A DNA stretch of 64,000 nt, taken from the NCBI GenBank assembly GCA_035285865.1, contig JAYKHS010000028.1, forward strand, positions 32,001 to 96,000, written 5' to 3'. The position numbers were made by a program, and so were the translations under genes. A model generated the notes under the pieces. The model had not been told where the DNA came from. It saw only the letters and a list, made by a program, of their open reading frames with translations, and did not search any database. Origin of the DNA: Candidatus Sericytochromatia bacterium. GTDB lineage: Bacteria; Cyanobacteriota; Sericytochromatia; S15B-MN24; VGJW01. Shown piece by piece: positions 57,214-64,000 of the stretch (positions within the stretch are counted from its first letter, which is position 1; every line of letters begins with the position of its first letter).

Positions 57214-60053
57214 GGCCGCCTGTCCCCTGGCTGGTGCTTGCGGGGCTGCTGAGCGCGTTGGTGGCACCCGTCGCCCGGGCAGCCAATCGTCCGGTTGTCG
57301 GACTGCCGAACGGGGGGATTTCGCGCGTGAGGCATGAGGCCACCGAGGGAATTTCAGTCGCGCGCCTGCCCAGTGGCCTGACGCTCGTCCACAAGCGGAT
57401 GCCCTCCCGGGACCTTGTCGCCGTGAGTGCGTGGGTGCATGTGGGCAGTCGTCATGAGGATCCGGTCCAGGCCGGAATCAGCCATGACCTCGAACATCTG
57501 CTCTCTCGAGGCACGAAGAAGCGGCGCGAGCTCGAGGACCGTCTCGAGATCTTTTCGATGGGCGGTCTCCACGGCGCAGATACCTTCTATGACCGCACCA
57601 CCTACCACGCCGTGGTGCCGCAGGCCGGATTCCCGGCGGCCCTCGATGCGCTGGCGGACAGCCTGAGCAACCCCCTCTTTCCTGAAGAGGGGATCGCCAA
57701 GGAGCGCAAGGTGGTCGGCGAGGAAATCGCGCGTATGGTCGACCGTCCCGAGACCGCATCCTGGCGAGCTTCCTGGGCACTTGCCTTTGGTCGTCATCCT
57801 TATGGTAGGCCCGTCATCGGCGAGCTGGCGAACCTGGAAGGGCTGGACCGGGAGGATTTCGTGTCCCATCACCGGCGCTGGTACCGACCCGCCAACATGG
57901 TGGTGGTCGTGGCCGGACCCTTGCCCTTTGCCGAGGTCGTGGCCGAGCTGGCCCGTCAGTTTCCCCCCGAAGAGGCTGCTCAGCCTGCCCTGCCGGCTGA
58001 GGCCACTCCTTCCTGGTCCTTCCGTGGCTTTCAGAGCCTTCGGCAGGTCCAGGATGTTCCCGAGCCATCTCTCGACGCGGTCGTGGTCGTGCCGGGGGTG
58101 CGCCATCCGGATCGCTGGGCGCTCGAGTTGCTGGCTGCCCTGATGGGTGGGGATGGCGGTGCGACGCTATGGCAGGAGCTCGTGGTGGGAGATGGCAAGC
58201 CCGCGACGTCGGCATGGTCGGGCTTGCAGTTGCTGGAGCAGCACGGGGTCCTCTGGTGCTCCGTTCGGCCGCGCGCGTCGGCCGAGGCCCCCCGCGCCGA
58301 GGCTGCCTTGTGGACGGCCATGGCCCGATATCGCGATACCCTGCCGGACCCGAAGGTCCTTGCGGGCTGGAAGGAGTCGCTCCGGCGAGCGCGGAGCATG
58401 GAGCGGGAGACGCCCTTGGGCCTCGCGCGCTGGCTGGGGGAGGCAGCTGTGCTCGGCAGCCTCGATTCGGGCCTCGAGGATGTACGCCGGTTGGATGCCG
58501 TGACCCCCGAGGACATCCGCCGCGTAGCCCGCAGATACTTGCGTCGGGACAACCTGACGCTCGTGCTGACGATGCCGGCTGCCCGTGCCGGCGATGCCGG
58601 CGAGGATCCGGCGGCGACTGCAGCCGCGGCCCGGCAGCTGGCCTTGCTCGAGCCGTCCGATGATGCTGAGGGGGCTGCGACGATCTGGGCCGAGACGGCA
58701 CCGTGGACGGCTGCCAGGGAGCGGAAAGCCGAGACGACGTCCGCGTCTGTTCTCGCTGCGCCGGAAGTCCGGCGGCATGTCCTCGCCAATGGTCTGGTCG
58801 TTCTGCATGAGCGACGTCCGGGCGTCGAGATGGCTGGGTTTTCTCTGCAGATCCGGGGGGGAGCGGCGGATGACGCACCCGAGGAAGCAGGTGCCTCGGC
58901 CCTGCTGGGCGAGGTCTTGCAAGAGGGGACTGTCCGTCTGGATCAGGCAGCATTGGCCGCTGCCTGGCGACGTCTCGGCAATGCGTGGAGCATCGGGGCG
59001 GACCGCGAGTCATTGGCCGTCGGCGCATCCGTACTTGGCGAGGATCTGCCCGAGGCACTGGGTCTGGCGCTCGAGGTGGTGACGACGCCGCGACTTGAGC
59101 CGGCTGGCCTCGCCCGGGCCAAGGATCGTCTGCGCGACCGTATGGATCGCGAGCGGGAAGACCCGGCAATCCGTGCGGGAAGGGCCCTGATCGAGGTCGT
59201 CTGGGGGGACGGACCCTACGGCCTGCCCGTGTCCGGAACGCCCGAGGCCCTCGCCGCTGCCACCCCGGAGCGTTTGCGGGCGTTGCTTGCGCAGCGCGCC
59301 ATCCCCACGGGGTGCGTGCTCTCTATCGTGGATGGGCGTTCGTGGGCAGAGTTGGCGCCCTTGTTGGCAAAGCACGCCGCGTGGACTCCCGCTCGGGATG
59401 GCGTCTCCGCGGCCGATGCAGCCCCCGTCCCGCCCCGGGTGCCCGTGGCACCGCTGGCGCCGGCATTGGTCAAGCGCCGTACGTTGCATGTGCCCCTCGA
59501 TCGGCAGCAGGTCCATGTGGCCGTCGGTTTTCCCTTGCCTGCAGCCGGGCATCCCGATGCGCTCGCGCTACGGGTGCTGGTCGGTGGCCTCGCGTTCGAC
59601 GGGTTCGTGGATCTGGTCTATCGGAAGCCTCTGGCCTACAGCACCGGAGGGGGCGCCACCCTGCTCGGGCGGGCGGGACTGGCCCAGTTGACGTTGGCGA
59701 CCCGTGCAGACGGAGTGGACGAGGCTGTTCGGGAGTTGGTGACACGCTGGCAGCGCGCGGCGCGCGAGGGGCTGTCTCCGGAATCCTTCCGCAGGGCCAG
59801 GGTCCGCCTTGAAGGTGGCCTCGCGCTCAGGGACCAGCAGGCCGGCCAGGCAGCCGCCGCCCGGGCCACCTGGTATCGGCAGGGCCTCGGGGAAGACGAG
59901 CTTGCGGCGACGCGTGCAGAGTTGGCTCGGGTCGACGAGGCGACGGTGCGTCGTGTCGCCAGGACCTGGCTCGTTCCCGGTCGGATGGTCGTGGCCGTTG
60001 CCGGACCCGTTGCCCCTCGGGGCAGCAAGGGTCCGAAAGCCGCGCACCCCTAG
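57210..60053 (+). CDS. M16 (pitrilysin) family peptidase, two-module
   Basis: Signal peptide; HDLEH; HPYGRPVIG; second LANGL module lacking HxxEH. Confidence 0.9.
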   Translation: MRPPVPWLVLAGLLSALVAPVARAANRPVVGLPNGGISRVRHEATEGISVARLPSGLTLVHKRMPSRDLVAVSAWVHVGSRHEDPVQAGISHDLEHLLSRGTKKRRELEDRLEIFSMGGLHGADTFYDRTTYHAVVPQAGFPAALDALADSLSNPLFPEEGIAKERKVVGEEIARMVDRPETASWRASWALAFGRHPYGRPVIGELANLEGLDREDFVSHHRRWYRPANMVVVVAGPLPFAEVVAELARQFPPEEAAQPALPAEATPSWSFRGFQSLRQVQDVPEPSLDAVVVVPGVRHPDRWALELLAALMGGDGGATLWQELVVGDGKPATSAWSGLQLLEQHGVLWCSVRPRASAEAPRAEAALWTAMARYRDTLPDPKVLAGWKESLRRARSMERETPLGLARWLGEAAVLGSLDSGLEDVRRLDAVTPEDIRRVARRYLRRDNLTLVLTMPAARAGDAGEDPAATAAAARQLALLEPSDDAEGAATIWAETAPWTAARERKAETTSASVLAAPEVRRHVLANGLVVLHERRPGVEMAGFSLQIRGGAADDAPEEAGASALLGEVLQEGTVRLDQAALAAAWRRLGNAWSIGADRESLAVGASVLGEDLPEALGLALEVVTTPRLEPAGLARAKDRLRDRMDREREDPAIRAGRALIEVVWGDGPYGLPVSGTPEALAAATPERLRALLAQRAIPTGCVLSIVDGRSWAELAPLLAKHAAWTPARDGVSAADAAPVPPRVPVAPLAPALVKRRTLHVPLDRQQVHVAVGFPLPAAGHPDALALRVLVGGLAFDGFVDLVYRKPLAYSTGGGATLLGRAGLAQLTLATRADGVDEAVRELVTRWQRAAREGLSPESFRRARVRLEGGLALRDQQAGQAAAARATWYRQGLGEDELAATRAELARVDEATVRRVARTWLVPGRMVVAVAGPVAPRGSKGPKAAHP

Positions 60054-61078
60054 TCCAGGGCAACCGCTGCCACGGGTGGGCCGGGCAGGGTGTCGACCCA
60101 GCGTGCGGCGAGCAGGGTCGAACCGCTCCAAGTCAGGGCGAAGACCTGGTTCGGTCCTTCGTGGGCGACATGTAGGCCTCGGGCATCTGCCACGAGGCTG
60201 CGTGCCCCGTTCGCGCCGCTGGCATAGGATTGGCTTCGGCCATCGGTTTCGATGAGCACGATTCGGCCGGCGTCCGGAAAGCTGACGGCAGCCTTCCCGT
60301 CCGGTGCCACGGCGAGGTCCGCGGGTTGTCCCCCGCCCGTGACGGTGCCGATGCTGACGAGGGTGGCGCTGTCGCCACGAGCCGAGGCCAGTCGGACCAG
60401 TGCCGCCCGACCGGTGTCGAGCAGCACGATGCCCCCGTTGCTGTCCGGTACGGCCCGCACGGGGCGGATGCTCCCCGTCACGGGCACCGGTGCCGCTTGC
60501 AGGGCTCCGTCCCGAACGATTTCGAGCCGTCCGTCCTCCGCAACGATCCATGATTCGTCTTGTGCCTGACGGGGACAGGCAAGCACGACAGGGCGCGCAC
60601 CCGAGGGCGACAGGGCCACCCTCTGGATCCGTCCGCTGCGGAGATCGACCAAGGCCACGGCGCGCTCGTCGGGCAGCAGGACGTGGGCGGTAAGGCCGGA
60701 GGTGCCGATGGCGACGTCCGAGGGGCTGCCCCCGACCCCCACGGTGCGGGTCACCCGAAGCGTGCCGGCGTCCACGATGGCGACCGAACGAGCTTCGGGC
60801 TGGATGGCCACGACCTGGCGCATCACGGGGCTCCACGCCATGCGGGTGGCACCTGCCTCGAGCCAGACCTGGCCCAGCGTGCTGCGCAGGCCCTCTCGGT
60901 CCAGTTCGAAGATGCGGCGCTGCGCGGGGACCGAGACCCAGAGTCGTGCGGGCTGGGCCAGAAGATAGATAGGATTGCGGCATCCTGCCGTCAGCAGGAT
61001 GAGCACGGCCAGCACGGACAGCGTGACGTGGCGCACGGCCCGAGTGGTCGGCGAGGGACGGGAGACGAGATGGGACAA
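60050..61078 (-). CDS. YncE-like beta-propeller lipoprotein
   Basis: Lipobox TAGC; VGGSPSDVA and PADLAVAPDG blades; start uncertain. Confidence 0.7.
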   Translation of the reverse strand: MSHLVSRPSPTTRAVRHVTLSVLAVLILLTAGCRNPIYLLAQPARLWVSVPAQRRIFELDREGLRSTLGQVWLEAGATRMAWSPVMRQVVAIQPEARSVAIVDAGTLRVTRTVGVGGSPSDVAIGTSGLTAHVLLPDERAVALVDLRSGRIQRVALSPSGARPVVLACPRQAQDESWIVAEDGRLEIVRDGALQAAPVPVTGSIRPVRAVPDSNGGIVLLDTGRAALVRLASARGDSATLVSIGTVTGGGQPADLAVAPDGKAAVSFPDAGRIVLIETDGRSQSYASGANGARSLVADARGLHVAHEGPNQVFALTWSGSTLLAARWVDTLPGPPVAAVALD

Positions 61079-61168
61079 GGCTTTTCCTGCTTGACGGCCA
61101 GTGGGGTTATTTGTTAAATCCATGTTTAGGGTCCATCGAGACCCTTTCACATACAGTCGAGGTAACCC

Positions 61169-61543
61169 ATGATTCGCTCCATCTCCGTGGCCATCGCCAC
61201 GTTGTCGTTCGTTCTTGCCGGTTGCGGCAGCACCATGCCGGCCCAGGCCCCGGTTTCCAACAACACCAAGGTCACGGCCAACACGATGTTCCAGCCCCAG
61301 ATCGGCACCGGTGAGATCCTGGTCAAGTTCGCTCCCCGGGTGTCCGTGGCTGCCGTCCAGCAGTTCCAGGTCACCCATCGTCTGCGCAGCCGTCGCGTCA
61401 TCGAGGGCATCGGCGTCCACGTCTTCGAGATCGTGGATGGTTCCGGCATGATGGCCAAGCTCGACGAGATTCGTCGTTCTTCGCTGGTCTCCTACGCCGA
61501 GCCCAACCAGCAGGTCCGGGTTCAGCCGATCCTCGGCCAATAA
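61169..61543 (+). CDS. Lipoprotein made of a stand-alone subtilase prodomain-like module
   Basis: Lipobox LAGC; GEILVKF...VSYAEPN prodomain pattern; no catalytic domain. Confidence 0.75.
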   Translation: MIRSISVAIATLSFVLAGCGSTMPAQAPVSNNTKVTANTMFQPQIGTGEILVKFAPRVSVAAVQQFQVTHRLRSRRVIEGIGVHVFEIVDGSGMMAKLDEIRRSSLVSYAEPNQQVRVQPILGQ

Positions 61544-61604
61544 CGCCGAAGCCGCCGTTTCGAGGGGTTCGACCGCAAGGCCGGACCCCTCTCTTCTCGG
61601 GGCC

Positions 61605-61949
61605 TCAGGCGATGCGGTCGACGCCGGCGAGGTGCTGTCGGCGGGAGAGGTCCGCGACCATGCCCTGGACTCGGGCGTGGGTCAGGGCCGCGACGACGGG
61701 TCCTTCGCTGGCGGGCACGTGCTCGAGCGTGGCCAAGGCGATGCTGCGCAGGTGCTCCATCGTGTGGGGGTCGCGGCCCAGCCGCTGGAGGATGGCCTGA
61801 AAGATGCGCTCGGCGCGAACCTGAACTTTCTGGGGTGTTTCCAGGGGACCGGGGCCTTCCGCGACCTGCGCGGCGCGTGGAGCAACGGAGTTCCGCGGCT
61901 TGTCTGCCCACGGACGCACCCCGTCACCGGACATCGTCACGGAAGTCAT
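61605..61949 (-). CDS. Small hypothetical protein
   Basis: ORF fills the gap; helical C-terminus. Confidence 0.5.
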   Translation of the reverse strand: MTSVTMSGDGVRPWADKPRNSVAPRAAQVAEGPGPLETPQKVQVRAERIFQAILQRLGRDPHTMEHLRSIALATLEHVPASEGPVVAALTHARVQGMVADLSRRQHLAGVDRIA

Positions 61950-62045
61950 GCGCACGACCTGTCACTCCCTGATTCAGGGACCCGGGCCATCCTGGCTCGG
62001 ATCGCAACGGTCGATCCGGGGTCCCGGGAAAATTATCGGCCGGGC

Positions 62046-62552
62046 TCAGAAGTTCTTGAGCGTCAGCACCCTTACCGGATGGTTGCCGCGCTTGCCCGTG
62101 CCACCGATAAGGTACTGGCCTTCAGTCGAGGTGTTGCTGTAGGCAATGGCGCCGTAACTTGCGGTCGACACCGGGTCGAGCCGATTGCCCAGTTCGTTCG
62201 CGTAGACGTGGTCATTGGGGGTGTCGTCGCAAGCCAAGGACGTGTTGACCGCCTGCTGCGTTCCCCAAGGGGTGGGCGGGTAGGTGTCGTTCGGCAGGTA
62301 GTCTTCGCTGCCCCCGATGAAAGCGTGTCCGTCGACCGAGGTCCGGAGCGTGGCCGGGTAGTGGTTGTTGATGTCCGAGCCCCAGACCTCAATGGCCTGT
62401 TGCACGATCCGGAGGTTGTTCTGGACATTCGCGTTCCGCGACTTGTCCTGGGCCCCTGCGTAGTTGGGGATGGCTACTGCTGCAAGGATTCCGATGATGA
62501 CCACGACGACCAGCAGTTCGATCATCGTGAAGCCCCGAGGGGGGGCGTGCAT
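62046..62552 (-). CDS. Type IV pilin-like protein
   Basis: RG|FTMIELLVVVVIIGILAAVAIP class III signal. Confidence 0.9.
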   Translation of the reverse strand: MHAPPRGFTMIELLVVVVIIGILAAVAIPNYAGAQDKSRNANVQNNLRIVQQAIEVWGSDINNHYPATLRTSVDGHAFIGGSEDYLPNDTYPPTPWGTQQAVNTSLACDDTPNDHVYANELGNRLDPVSTASYGAIAYSNTSTEGQYLIGGTGKRGNHPVRVLTLKNF

Positions 62553-62618
62553 GAATCTGCGAGACACGGGGTTGTTGTTCCCCGTGCCTCGCGACACTAA
62601 CCTGCAACCCCGGGCAGA

Positions 62619-63737
62619 TCAGGAGCCGGCAGCCACTCCGCCGTAGGGAACTTCCACGATCTGGGCCTTGGGGCCTTCCACGCCTTTGAAGCCATCGTCG
62701 GCCACTACCGGGGCGGGCGGCGCTGGTGCCGGTCCCGGTTCCGGCGCGGGGACGGGAGAGGGTACGGGAGCGGGTGCCGGAGCCGGCTTCTTCTCCTCTT
62801 CCTCTTCTTTCTTCGTCGTCACGATGACTGGAGCGGGGAAGACGGGAGCGGGAGCCGGCGACTGCGGGGCCGGCTGGTTGACGACGGGACCGGGTTCGGC
62901 CTGCGTGGGCTTCTTGCGGACTGTATTCCAGAGATCCCCGAAGGCCTTGGCCAGTTCGGCGAGCGCGGTAAGGCCGTTTGCCACGTCCTGAATACCGGTT
63001 CCCTTCCCACCATTGCCTTGAGCCTTTCCATTGCCCTGCGCCTGGCCAGAGCCCTGGGTCTCGCCGCTGTTCTGCGCGGGAGCCGAACCGCCGGATGCCG
63101 GTGCCGGGCTCGACGGGGCCGCCGGCTGGTTCTGTTGCTGGGCTGGCGGCTTGCCGCCGGCCACGACCTTGGGCATGAAGATCTCGACCTTGGCCGAACG
63201 ATCCGTCTGATCGTTGTTGTCAAGCGGCTTGCCGGGGTTGCTGGGCGTACCGGCCCCCTTGCTCTTGATGGCGCTCGCAGGAACATCGATGCCCTGCTTG
63301 GCGAGGAATGCCTTCACGTGCGCCGCCGTCTCGGTGGCGCGACGGGCAGACAGACCCTGGTTGTCGTAGCTGCTCTTGGTCCCTGCGTTGGAGGCGTAGC
63401 CCGTGACGTCGATGCGGAATCCGGGGTCGGCCAGCAGGGTCTTCTGTTGTTCGGGCGACATCATCTTGAAGTCCGCCGAGAACTGGTTGAGCATCTTGTC
63501 CAGATCCTGCGTGCCGCCCCGCGGATCGGACTTGCCGGTCTGGAAGAGAGCTTGGCCGCTGTAGGCCGGACGACTACCCGACACCGCGCTGGAAGAGATC
63601 GACGAGACGTCGCCTACGGCCTGGCTCCGGGGCGCGTTTGCAGGCGCACCCTGCGACGCCGGCGGGGCCGAGACCGTCGTGCGCCCCGTCTGGGACGACA
63701 GCGGCTGGGTGGACTTGCCCGTGACGTTGTTCAACAT
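62619..63737 (-). CDS. OmpA-C-like domain protein with disordered termini
   Basis: LFQTGKS, IDVTGYAS, NQGLSARRA, DRSAKV; AAGGAG RBS; no signal peptide. Confidence 0.75.
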   Translation of the reverse strand: MLNNVTGKSTQPLSSQTGRTTVSAPPASQGAPANAPRSQAVGDVSSISSSAVSGSRPAYSGQALFQTGKSDPRGGTQDLDKMLNQFSADFKMMSPEQQKTLLADPGFRIDVTGYASNAGTKSSYDNQGLSARRATETAAHVKAFLAKQGIDVPASAIKSKGAGTPSNPGKPLDNNDQTDRSAKVEIFMPKVVAGGKPPAQQQNQPAAPSSPAPASGGSAPAQNSGETQGSGQAQGNGKAQGNGGKGTGIQDVANGLTALAELAKAFGDLWNTVRKKPTQAEPGPVVNQPAPQSPAPAPVFPAPVIVTTKKEEEEEKKPAPAPAPVPSPVPAPEPGPAPAPPAPVVADDGFKGVEGPKAQIVEVPYGGVAAGS

Positions 63738-63810
63738 GGCCCGCGACTCCTTCCGTACCTGACGGTTTATGCCTGTCTCGCCGGAGAGGACTGCGGAAGT
63801 TACAGGGATT

Positions 63811-64000
63811 TCACGAAGATTTGACGCTCGGTCCGCGTGGCATGCCGGTGAGCAGGAGCCAGCCCAGCAGCAGCATGATGCCCTGGCTACCGAGCGCAAG
63901 CCTGAAGCGGTCTTCACCAAGTCCTTGTCCCAGCGTGACGGTCACGCCCCATACCAAGGGGCCGACGACGGCCGCAGCGCGGCCCACGAGGGCCCAGATG
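63811..64000 (-). CDS. MFS transporter, C-terminal fragment
   Basis: IWALVGRAAAVVGPLVWG...LLLGWLLL...*; truncated by the window edge. Confidence 0.65.
   Translation of the reverse strand, partial: IWALVGRAAAVVGPLVWGVTVTLGQGLGEDRFRLALGSQGIMLLLGWLLLTGMPRGPSVKSS

Noticed and set aside
61145..61154. TTTCACATAC identical to 11158-11167
   Set aside because: Single 10-mer match without the second half-site; too weak to add to the proposed regulon
62700..62870. Low-complexity PAP and poly-Glu repeats as a DNA repeat array
   Set aside because: Coding linker sequence with no spacer structure; no CRISPR array seen anywhere in the window

Overview
A GC-rich, densely coding bacterial chromosomal segment from a diderm organism (TonB-dependent receptor, many lipoproteins). 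It also carries the Firmicute-like rny-ymdB-spoVS-hpf cluster, ppdK with its regulator, flhB, mglBA and a type IV pilin. This mix suggests a non-photosynthetic Cyanobacteria-related lineage such as Sericytochromatia; that is inference only. I see about 60 CDS, tRNA-Leu(CAA), tRNA-Val(CAC) and a cobalamin riboswitch, but no CRISPR array, rRNA, IS element or prophage. Best leads: (1) a protein with three tandem MshEN c-di-GMP-binding domains ahead of an internal lipoprotein signal and a C39-like cysteine peptidase; (2) a B12-radical SAM gene followed by a YD-repeat gene and two small paralogous peptides (one missing from the ORF track, CTG start), next to a riboswitch-btuB-btuG-like import unit; (3) an upstream DNA motif shared by several signal-peptide-less proteins with low-complexity N-termini; (4) a degenerate MglA coupled to a diguanylate cyclase; (5) an FrpC self-processing-module homologue with Ser-Pro in place of Asp-Pro; (6) a WYL regulator plus AAA+ ATPase pair behind tRNA-Leu. 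Family names come from motif recognition by eye, not database searches, and many start codons are estimates.
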